Part shown: positions 38,901 to 50,900 of the stretch, piece after piece
Position numbering within the stretch: position 1 is the first letter of the stretch
Layout of the letters: every line of letters begins with the position of its first letter
Assembly (NCBI GenBank): GCA_002633005.1
Contig: NMRA01000029.1
Span: forward strand, 229,707 to 293,706
Direction of reading: 5' to 3'
DNA from: Phoronis australis
Lineage: Eukaryota; Animalia; Phoronida
DNA length: 64,000 nt
Position numbers and translations under genes: made by a program
The notes under the pieces: model-generated
Database searches by the model: none
Told to the model about the DNA's origin: nothing
The model's input: only the letters and a program-made list of their open reading frames with translations

Positions 38901-41900
38901 ATATATATGATTTTAATTTTCTGTTCGCTAAAAGAAATAAAGTCTAAGGTTGTTAAGTTAGTTCAGTGGCCTTGTGGTTTTGACTAAGATTTTCTTTTAT
39001 GAATAATGGCAGTTTCTGGAATAAGAATTTAGTCTTCAAAAGCCGTCTGCCTTGTTGGAAGTGCTCAAGTTGTTTCAAATGCTGTCTGATGAGAGTTGCT
39101 CAAGTCTGAATTATGCCAATCATGAAGTAATTGCGATTTATTTAAAAAATTCAATCAAAAATTCCACTTTTTGTTGGCAAAGAGAATTTTTACTTAGGAG
39201 AGGGGTATGTGAGGAATTTTGACTGTCTTAGTTTGCATTGCCATGAAACAACCTCATTGTGGGCTTGTTGTTTGAGCCAGTAAAATAGAAATAAAATGCC
39301 AGTATTAAAAAGAATAGTAATTAGGCCAGATTTGTCTTTGAAAAGGTTAACTGGGCTTGCAGTTTCTCAACCTCCCGGGAGCATATTGAGTGCAAACATT
39401 GGTGGCATGTCGGTGAATTCAAACACATTATTTTTGTGAAATTTCTAAGTATGGTCGTACTAAAATACCCAGTGGTTACTTCAGTGGGAAAAAGTACAAG
39501 ACCTGCAAAAATTTTGATTATGCAATATGACTACATTCTGTTGTTATTTACGGTACAGATTGGTAAGAGTGCCAGGTCGTCGTAAGAGTGCCAGACACGT
39601 CATCTCTAAACTTCTATATTACAGCAATAATGAACGATAAGATTGCAATACTTACCCACAATGCTGAGCATCTTTAGGATTTGGCCCACAGTTACATTGC
39701 TGCCGCTCTAATCGCCAGTTTCATTAGTATTAGAATAGTTTGTCATTTGTCATTCTGATGTCAATAAAATTTTACTGTTGCGTAGTTTAAGTTGCAAAGT
39801 GCAGACATCAGAATTTTTGAAATGCTGAGGCGCTATAATCATCATTTTTTTACTCATTTGACCTTTCAAAAATAGGTCAATCACGCAGTGCGTTTTTTTG
39901 ATCGCTGTAAAAGAGAAAATTTGAATCCGGGATGTAGTGAAATTGACATAATTAGGTTTATAATTTCTGAAATACTTTAGTACCTAAATTCCTCCATTTC
40001 CCTTTTCTCTTCAGTCAGTCACGTTTTCACACAACCCTCACGTCTGCTTTTTCTCAGTTGTCCAACACGGAGTGTTGTATCTTGGGTTTTGGCGAATTTC
40101 GTGCTGAGATTTGTTACAGCATTTCAGTGACTTCAGTCCTCTTGTGTGTTGTAGTCAATTGTATGGTAAAATGGTATTCTGCATGTTGGTGATGGTGGGT
40201 GTCTGGTAGACTGAATTCTTTAATTAAGCAATTGTTCAGTAATTGGTATACAGTGTCGTTGATTTATTCAACACCTGGATGATTTCATGGATTTAATCGC
40301 ATTAGAACTGCTGTTTATTTTCCAGCATTGCACTTAAGTACGAAACTTTTCTCCATACCAAATCAAATTTAAAATTAATTAAAAGTTGAAAGAATACTGC
40401 TGTCTCAATTTCTTCAATTCCATGAATGTAACAGTTGAGCATGATTTTTTAGCTCTTGTCATTAATTCTATTTTTTGTCGCAAGATTGATTGTTTGTTAT
40501 AATGGTTTTCTCTTGACTGATGGCATGTGTGTATTCAGCAGTGCTCCTAGTGGTCATGCTGAAAGTACGACTCAAAAGCCAGCCAGCAACAATGCTGGCA
40601 CGGCTACCAACGAAACCAAACAGGAGGTTCCTGCTGCGTCTACTAAGGAAAACATGACCAAAGGGTAACGTAGTAGCTAGCACCTCAGAACGGAGCCTGG
40701 TATTTCTTCTCGTCTCGTCTAGTCTGTCCCCAAAGCACTATTTCACATGCTCTTGACCTTACTGTGTATTTTGCATGTGTAGAAACGTGAAATTCAGATT
40801 CCAGTCTTTGCACACAAATATCGATCTACTTTGTGATTCAATATTCTACCTTACTGTACCCTGTTCTGTTCATGTCCTGAGAGTTCAATCTGATAATGTA
40901 CTTGACAAGACTAATGTCTTATAGGCTTCATCCTGTTCTCATGTCTTGCAGATGTTATGTCTTGCTGACTTGACCATGTTCACTTATAATGAACATTTCT
41001 GAGCTGCTCAGTGCAGTGCAGACATCACATTGGCTGATCTTTCTTCCCTTGAATAGTTGAATGACGTTATTCACTTGGTGGCGATAACGAAGAATTGGTG
41101 GTCTTTTCCATTTTCTGAATAGAAAAAGAGTAGAAAGCTTAGTGTTCACCAGGGCTGGATACTGTAGACCTAAGACACTCACGCAGCAGGTAGAAATTAT
41201 CACCTATGGACAGTGAACAGGGCATTTTATCCCATAATTCACCGTCCCAACCTCACCGACCAATCACTTGCTGCCCGTTTGTTAGGGTATGCAAAACACT
41301 TGGCGTTCTCTCATGATTTTGTGTGGACTTAAGTGATCTCGCAACTTAGGATGGGGCCGGTCTTGCTACAAAGGACTCCCTCTATTTACTCGCATTATGC
41401 ATTTTTCAGATAGGTCTGTCGTCTCTTTACTAGTGCCACCAAGTGACTTTCACGCTACTCTTTTGTCAGGCTTAAATCTCCATGTAAACTTCGTTCTTAT
41501 ATTCCGCCCTCTTGCATGTTTTCAGTGATGAATAGAACTGTTTTCAAACTGAACTGGATATTTTACCTCGCTGGCTTTTCTGCTTTTCATTGTGCAAATG
41601 TATTCCGCAAATAGACCAAATTGTGATATTTTGTCTTTTTATGTTCATGTTTTAATGAACAGCTATTCTAAAATGGTATTTTTACGCACCCCCTGACACA
41701 ATTTATGATTTTGTCATGTCTTGATAATTAATCCATCGTTTGTACTGGCTGTGGTCGTGGGCATACCTTAACATCCTTGTACATTATCTTCTCGGGGTTG
41801 GGGCAGATCCAGATCCATTGTGGGGGTCCCATTGGATGCCGCCAGCTCGGCCACTTTTTTATTGCTTCCCTTTTTAACTCTGGATCCGTCTCCCATAGTG

Positions 41901-44900
41901 CACTGATTGATAATTTGCCTATCTATCGTCTAACGAAATTTCAAGGCTGTAGAGTGTCTTTGGCATGTTCCATTGGCATATAACTTCATTTGTGCGTTTT
42001 ACCCAACTTCCTCGTGTCAGTTGCTAATCTTTTTCACTGCACTGTTGTGTAACACAGAACCTCCCCGCCACCACCACCAAAGACTGTAATCCCCATCATC
42101 ATAACTGAATGCACAACTCCAGACTCCAAACAAGAATGTACGGATGGAGCAACGACTGGGTAACATACAAGCTTTCCTCCAGATGTCGCTGTGCTGTACT
42201 TGTTCAATTTTTTGTTGTCGCAAATTTACCATCGCAGAGGTCCATTTTTCCTCATTGTTCGCTTGTGTATCTAATAAAGCTTCCAATCTTTTCCATATGG
42301 ACTCTCGCAGTCTATTTTTGCCTGAGGCTTATTTCCAATTTATTTGCTGAATTATTCTAGTCCATAAGAGATTTCATCAACATTCCATCTACTTTAGTTT
42401 ACCGCATGACCTGATTCTGAAACCTTAAGCCCTGTGACTGTCTATACTTTCTGATCCATTGTATACGATTTTGTAAGGGACTGTCAACATTTTATTTTAA
42501 GTGTAGTGTGTGGACATAATTTGTTCCACTCAACTTTTGATCTGAAAAGTCTCACATGACTTATCGACCGAAATAAAGCACATCCATTTTTGCTTTGTAG
42601 TTGGTGGACTCATTAGAAGTCGTATACAACTTTTGAACCACTATCAACACACAGCAGTTATTGTATTTGAAGTCGATACATCGTGTACGAAAAATTGCTG
42701 TGTTTAGATAGGGCTTTATTTTTTTACACTGCATGTCTTTAGACTGAAAACAAGTTTCACGTTTCAATTAGCTAGTGTAGATTCTACTTTTTTGGCGATA
42801 GTCTCCGGTTTTTTAGAACCAGTTTTATGCTTGTTGTTCAGTGGAATACAATGGTGCTCAATCTGTGGACCACTGTAAGTGACTGACCTTAGACCTTGCC
42901 TTGTTTTGGTGCATGTGGGCTGGTGAGCTCCCTTGAGTTGCAAAATAGGTCATTTGTCTTAGCATTATATAACAGTGATAGATGTCTCATCTGCAAATTT
43001 TAATCCACTCCTAGGTGATGGTCTAATCTCTATAAAATTGACCATTTAAATCATGCTTTGAGTAAACTTATGAATTTGTACTCTGACAATATAACATGAA
43101 TGGTGAGTCTGGAGATCAAAGAACCTTAATAGTGGGCCTGGGTTTTCAGTGTCTTCTTGTATTGTAAACTGATGATTCCAGGCTGAACTATTCAAACCCG
43201 ATAAGGAGTAATATAACAATTATTTGCTCAGCCAAGACCATCATGTGGAATTGGTTGTGTAAGAACTTGTTAAACACAAAGAAAAGATCAAATTAGTAGG
43301 GCCTAGGGGGTACTCATTGAAAGGGTCATTTCATTTTAAAAAAATCTCCACAGGAAGACTTCAGTGTTGCAAATAATTGGATATTCTTTATCCATTCTTT
43401 GCCCCCCACTTCCGCATTCTATCCGGAAGGTATTTTGTGATATTGTACATTTTTGAACTGTGGCAGATGCTGTGTTTTTCTTTCGTTGTAATTTTGTTCT
43501 TTCTCTGATGAACATTGCAGCAATGGAATTCAGTGTGTTGTGATGTGGTAGTGTCAGCTGTTGTGTTCATAATTATACCCTAATTAATTGCCATTTGACC
43601 TTCCTTAATGCAAAAAATGTTTGTTGGTCACAGCTGGTATTAATGTCATTCAGAACAAACACGTAGAGCTGATCTCTTTTGTGACTTTCAACACATAGTT
43701 ACACTTAGCCATCTCTGTTTTCCACCATATGTATTTACCTCTTGTAGTTGCCTATAGTCGACAATGACACTTTTGGTTGCCGAATTATCAGAGTATTTTT
43801 TCACCGCGCCCGGACTTCTTCAATTTAGAGATCAAAATGACGGAACTATTGAAATTTTACTGGATCAAATTTATCAACAAAAATAATAATGAAGGAATTT
43901 TTAATTCTCTGTTAATGCTGTTGCATAGCCATCAAGCAAGACATTGATCTTGTTGAAATTCAGAGCGGTTTGTTTTATTGTGGCCGTTACAATTGCAAAC
44001 TGATTTCTGAAAAGCGATGGTTATCAATAATGAGTTCAGTATGCTATAGTTTGTGTTTAAATTCAAGTACATATTTGAAAACCAGCCGTTATATTGTACA
44101 CTGTACTTTTATGGTACGGCGCTTGTGTACTGTAAGCAATCGGTTTGTAATACCCTGTCTACAATCCGATTTTTTTCAATGAGGAAGGTTAATTGAGTTT
44201 TATGCTGGCTGGAGTTTGCTTTCACCAAAAGACAACCTTTGTGTGTTGAGTCATCACCAGGGCTGTTCACCTGTTCACCCTTTGTCAGACACATCCTCAG
44301 GTTACACAACAGTTCAGCAGAGATAAGCAGGCTGTTATCAGTCTGCACAGGTTTATCAGTCTGCCACATCACTGGGGTCACCGGCCTAGCTGTGGCTATC
44401 AAGATAGTACTACTAGCCAACATCTGCGCAATTTAACATATGGTTGGCATGATATAACCAGGACTTGCATCCAACCCGGTATGGTTTGGGTTATGGTATT
44501 TCTGGTTTCATTTGTGTTGTTGATGTCAATCTGATATCTGCCTGTTCCTGAGAGTTGACATGTGAAGGTTCAAGAGTACTCCAGTTTTTCTTCACGTAAA
44601 ATAGAGGAAATTAAAGGTGTAACTACCAAACCTTCGTTTGTGGTGGTATACTTAAGAATCTGTTTCCCTGTTACTAAATAAAGTGTTTGTGATTAGGGCA
44701 TAATAGTAAAGCAGTAATTCATGCCAGTTATCTCACTGATTGGCAATTAAGGGTTTATTCTGAGAGATTTAGTACATTACTGCATTGAGATTAGATTATT
44801 TTGGGGAAATAATTGTGTCGAACATCGATGAAATACTGGCTGAAGCCTTTCAGTCACTTGTCATGAAACAGGCTTGTGTTGTGGATTTTAATGTCCTATC

Positions 44901-47900
44901 CAATAATATGTTGTCGTTATTAACTGTATAATGTATGTTGGTACAGTTTGATAATATTCCTTGCATTTGTACGATATTGAGCACAGCGCGTATTACGGAG
45001 TCTTGTTTGATGCTGTTTATGTGTGTATGTATATGTATATTGTCTATAAATACACATCAACACATTAGATTTTGGGTACCTATGCCACGTGTTGAGTGAC
45101 TTAAAGATTGCCACAAACATTACCTCAAACTAAACTAAGTTACAAGTTGTAAGCATTTTACTTTCAATAATATTTGTGTGTGTCTTCTTTTTAGGGGCGG
45201 AGCTCCGTCCAAGATAGACATTTCGCAGATCCCTGCGTTCCCTGACCTGTCGCAGCATAACAATTGGATGGCAAAATGTCTGACGCATGAAGTCTACTTC
45301 AAGCTTAAGGACAGGAAGACCGCTAGTGGGTTCTGCCTCGACCAGGCTATCCAAACTGGTGTGGACAACCCCGGACATCCATTCATTTACACCGTTGGTA
45401 AGATTGGGTCTACTTACGCATCTATTCATTTTCACTTTGGTAAGATTGGGTCCACTTCAAAGGGGAATGAGCTATAGATTCAAATTCCGTGTCAGAAAAT
45501 CGACAGCTGAAATTTCGAAGAAAAGTCTGGTACTGTCAGAAATTTAGCAGAACGTTTTGCGTGGTTTGCTGTTTAATTGACATCCTGTGTTACACGAGAT
45601 TGGGAACAGAGTTGAAAAATATTTGTTGGCCACGCCCATTGATCCCATGGGTGATGATGTTTATACTATGCCTGGAAAGCGTTGTATGACAAATTTTTGT
45701 TATTCTGTGCCTGTAGTACTTTTGGCTTAATTGTGACTTGCAGCTAATGGTGTATTTACAACATTGGTTTCTGGATCACAGCAAAAATTCCTTAATTTTG
45801 AACAATTTTTTGTCTGTGTTTTACAATTCATGTAATAAATTTTTGATGTAACTCGGCAACAAAAAACACATTGACAAATGAGCTCTTGTTGTGGTCTGAG
45901 GACATGTCTGCTTATACGTGCTTATGTTTCCCGCCATTTTGCCCAGGTTGTGTGGCGGGAGATGAAGAATCCTATGAGACATTCAAGGAACTTTTCGATC
46001 CCGTCATCGAGGGACGCCATAATGGTTTTACACCGGACGCCAAGCACTGCACAGACTTGGACGCCTCGAAGATCAGGGGAGGTAAGTAGTTCTAATCTCG
46101 TTTTGATTTAACGGTAACAACGTTATGTTTTAGAAGTTGCGAAGAAAGGAGTCTGGTTATGTTGTGTGTCTTAATCCATGTAAACGGATGCATTATAATT
46201 TTCACATGGGATCCTCCCAACACACNAAAATCGACATCTGAAATTTCGAAGAAAAGTCTGGTACTGTCAGAAATTTAGCAGAACGTTTTGCGTGGTTTTC
46301 TGTTTAATTGACATCCTGTGTTACACGAGATAGATTGGGAACAGGGTTGAAAAATATTTGTTGGCCACGCCCATTGATCCCATGGGTGATGATGTTTATA
46401 CTATGCCTGGAAAGCGTTGTATGTCAAATTTTTGTTATTCTGTGCCTGTAGTACTTTTGGCTTAATTGTGACTTGCAGCTAATGGTGTATTTACAACATT
46501 GGTTTCTGGATCACAGCAAAAATTCCTTAATTTTGAACAATTTCTTGTCTGTGTTTTACAATTCATGTAATGAATTTTTGATGTAACTCGGCAACAAAAA
46601 ACACATTGACAAATGAGCTCTTGTTGTGGTCTGAGGACATGTCTGCTTATACGTGCTTATGTTTCCCGCCATTTTGCCCAGGTTGCGTGGCGGGAGATGA
46701 AGAATCCTATGAGACATTCAAGGAACTTTTCGATCCCGTCATCGAGGGACGCCATAATGGTTTTACACCGGACGCCAAGCACTGCACAGACTTGGACGCC
46801 TCGAAGATCAGGGGAGGTAAGTAGTTCTAATCTCGTTTTGATTTAACGGTAACAACGTTATGTTTTAGAAGTTGCGAAGAAAGGAGTCTGGTTATGTTGT
46901 GTGTCTTAATCCATGTAAACGGATGCATTATAATTTTCACATGGGATCCTCCCAACACACATGTCTTGATTCACGTGACCAGCCTTCTGTTCTTGGCTAG
47001 TTGCCATAAAGAGTAGTTATAGCACGATTCAGTGTTATTGATACAATGCGATTTGTTTAACCATGTATTATAGAAAAAAATAATTTCGGCATTGAAACGC
47101 TGTTCAAAGTCTTCAAATAGTAGAACTGTTGGTATCGCGAGTACTTTTAGCACCCGACCACACAACAGCCGACCATGATTAGCAGACGACGTACTTGCTG
47201 GAAATAAAACTTGCTAATTTTGCCAGGTGTCACTGGTGAATAATGACGTCATGGCTTGTGCGTAAGATCATAGATTTCGTTCACTGAAAATATACTCAGT
47301 TGACGGTCCATGTATTATAGTCTTTGGTTTAACTCGCATTTTGCATTGATTGTGTGGACGAGGAACTTTTAAATGCATGAAACCTGGGTTCGTGACCACT
47401 AAAGTTTACTGAGACCCTTAAATTACTCAGAAACTTTCATTTCAACTTGTACTGCCTGGGGCAGTACTCAAAAAATATCTAACCTCAGATACAAGGCCTC
47501 TTGGCGCTTTTTGGGTCTGTATATTGATTATACTGACAATTTCATAATAAACATTCAAAAAATAGTGACCACTTAACTTTACTTGAGTTCCTTCAAGGTG
47601 CACTCAAACTGGATAACTATTCTCAAGATCCAATTGTGAAGTCTTTGATGCGATAAAACAAAAAAGTGAAATTTATGATTGTCTTGAAACTTACTGACCT
47701 CTATAGTTCAATTAATGAATTTGAAATTTTTTGTAAAGAAGGGGTGAAAATGGTAAGTATCTGAGTTTTTCAAATACAAAAGTGCTGTGCATCTGGAATT
47801 TTTGTAGTGATTGCAATTTTGTGTAAATAATGCGTAATAAGGCATGAAATTGTGAACTTAAGGCTTCAAATAAAACCATGTGTTGAGTGTTTTTTCAAAG

Positions 47901-50900
47901 GGTACTAGGCGGCAGTTTTGAAACTTTCGAGTAATGTTCTTAAAGTTATTCTAAATGTTACCCAAGAATTATTGGTGGTCACGCTTTCTTGAGTACTACT
48001 AAAAAATGAGAATTACTCCTAATTTTGAGAACTCGGCCTGGGTATATTTTTAAGTTTTGAGTAAAGTGATCACAACCCCATAATCTACGTTTTCAGGCAA
48101 TCTGATACTGTACACATAACACCATGCTTCCTGGTGCCATACCGTATTAATTTAGATTCGTTGTTTCAATTTCATTTTCATCGTATCCGTTTATGTTTAC
48201 CCCCAAGGCATTTGTAATTTATTTATAGATGGAGAAACTGAAAAATCAATGGGTTAGACAGTGTGTGCAATGCAACAAAATTTGCTTTCTATAAACTAAA
48301 TTTTCTTAAAATTTTGGGGTGGTGCTTGGCTGAAAGTGAGCATGATTATGAAAAGATATGGTATCAGAGTTATTAATTGTACAATTAGTTTTAAAAAATT
48401 TGGTGGTATTTCACATAAAAAATCCACAAAATTTCAAACTTCAAGACAGAATGCGGGTTCAAAGTGGGTTTAGGTAACACGTCAGCTGTAATATTGAGAA
48501 ATTGATTACTTCCCCAGGTGATAACCTTGATAACAAGTATGTGCTGTCGTCGCGTGTGCGCACCGGTCGTAGTATCCGGGGACTGTCCCTCCCCCCTCAC
48601 TGTACGCGAGGGGAACGCCGTGATGTTGAAAATATTCTCAACTCGGCCTTGGCTAATCTGGATGGACCGCTCAAAGGTAAGAACACGATTTATTGTACGC
48701 ATTTCCCTAGCTTCTGCAGTCTAGGGCAATGTCTACAGAAAATTTTATTTTAGTAGCTGTGTCTTGCTGGTACGATTTTTTGTGAATATGTTTGGAGAGT
48801 ATTTTGGTTTCAAATTGTTGTAATACAAGATCTTCGAGTTGAAAATATTTTGTCCAGTTGAATTCAAGTTGTCAAGTTCTTCATTGCACATCTACCTTAA
48901 GCCTATAATGTACATTTGATATTACATATAACATTGGATGCTATCTTGGTCTTCAATTTTTTATGTAATTGCTTAGCAGGGTCTTCAGTCCCTCGATTTT
49001 GGAGCTGAATATTGGCCCCATACCCCCTGAAAAATATAACGAAATCACGTGAAATTCAAATCACGAAACCCGAAAATTCCCCTTGAGGTTCGAATCACTT
49101 GTAACTCACGTAGGTAACGATTTGAAACGGCACAAAATGTTCGTTTTGGCTACTTGAGGCAGAGGCTGTGAGGGCTAGCGAAAGGGATGGGGAGTGCTAA
49201 TGATGCTGACTGGGGGGGAGGGGGCAGAATTTTCCCCTCATGGAACTTATCCCTTCAGGTGAATGAAGGCCCTGTTAAGTAATCTCTCATTTTTTACAAT
49301 TTGCCTGATTTTCATTTTTGTTAGTGTAAATCTAGTCCTGAATAGAGAACCTACAGCAATCCTAAGAACAATCTTGAACCTTTACCTTTTCAGGTCAGTA
49401 CTATCCACTGGCCACCATGACAGAAGAGGACCAGGAGAAACTGATCGCAGACCACTTCCTGTTTGACAAGCCAGTGTCACCACTACTGCTGTCCTCTGGC
49501 ATGGCACGTGACTGGCCCGATGGCCGTGGTATCTGGTACGTTTTTAATAATTTCGCAACATGTCAGTCAAAGTGACCAGATCTGGAGATTAGAAAACATT
49601 TTGATAAGGAAACCTGGCGTGCTTTCAGTAGACGCTAGGACCTATGCCAGGACCTAGCTAAAACCTAGTCAAAGTCACGTGCGCTCATTTAAGGTGCACG
49701 GCAATATCTTACATAATCTCGCGAAGTCTTGCTTTTTAGCGAGGTCCTAGCGTTACTGAACGGGAAGCTGGTTTATTTTCAGTAGGTTTTCTTGGCTGTG
49801 TCTCATGCACCTTTGAGAAGGTTGGAATAAGTACAATTCCTCCTGGTTTGACATGCAGCTATAATTTTATCCCCTTTCCAGACGTCCTTAAATAGTGCAA
49901 CTGAAAAATCTATAAAGTGGAACTAACTAGTGTTCATTAAGTTGATTAATTTTATGTTTTATATACTTAAAATGACATGGAAACATACCAGAAGCGAACA
50001 TGTGTGATTTAATTGGCTACTCTCCTTCGTTTGTCGCTCAATGACAACAAATTTAAACTAAAAATTCTTCATCCATTAGCTACATATTCAAACATGGTCT
50101 CCGTTAAACAGATGATTAATTGCCAGGGTTCTTTTGTTATGAAAGAAAATTGTTTTCACGGATTTCACTGAAAGTCTGTGCGCTGCTCGTCTTTGAGGAA
50201 AACTCATTGTCACTTGAAGCTCTCATAAACTTGCCTTCTGTCTGTCAAAAAGACTAACTTTAGATCACGTACTGTTGCAATTTTTTTTTTAAACGTTTAT
50301 TTACCCAAAAATCACATCATTAGTGATTAGTAAATACGCCTGGGGTTGGGTGGTCCCAACTACATATCTTTACAACATACTAGAGGACAATGCGTCATAT
50401 AAATAGAACAAATAAGTATCTGGAAAATAACTCCTAATGATTGGACGGATAATTAGCCGAGATTATTATAAAAGGGGGAGGGAAACGGGAAGGGGAAGGA
50501 CTTTCATACACTCATTCACACTCATATTCACACGGTTTAATTAACTCATGTTTACATTTACGTAGGTGCATATTTATGAAAAGGTCAGTTTTCTTACAAT
50601 ACAACAGAAGTGGTTTAAAAATAACTCCATATATTGTTTGAATCATTTTAAAGAGATGCCTGCAAAACCCTCCACTGTTCTAAAGTGTATGGCTTTTGAA
50701 CTTGAGAACAACGGACAATTTGTTATTGACCGAGGTCATTATTGGCATATAAATTGACCAACACATAAATTTACCCGCAAATAAATTGACACTCTCATAA
50801 ATTGAACCGCGCATAAGTTGACCCTTGCCTAAATTGATCCGCGCTTAAATTGACCCTCGTATAAATTGACCCTCGCATAAAGCGACCTGCGCATAAGTTG

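Noticed and set aside
39559-39562. 4-nt microexon ATTG between cag and gtaaga
   Set aside because: Weak polypyrimidine tract, and it would break the otherwise consistent phase-2 chain.
45947-46816. Mutually exclusive exon pair
   Set aside because: The copies encode identical peptides, flanking introns are nearly identical, and the junction is an N.
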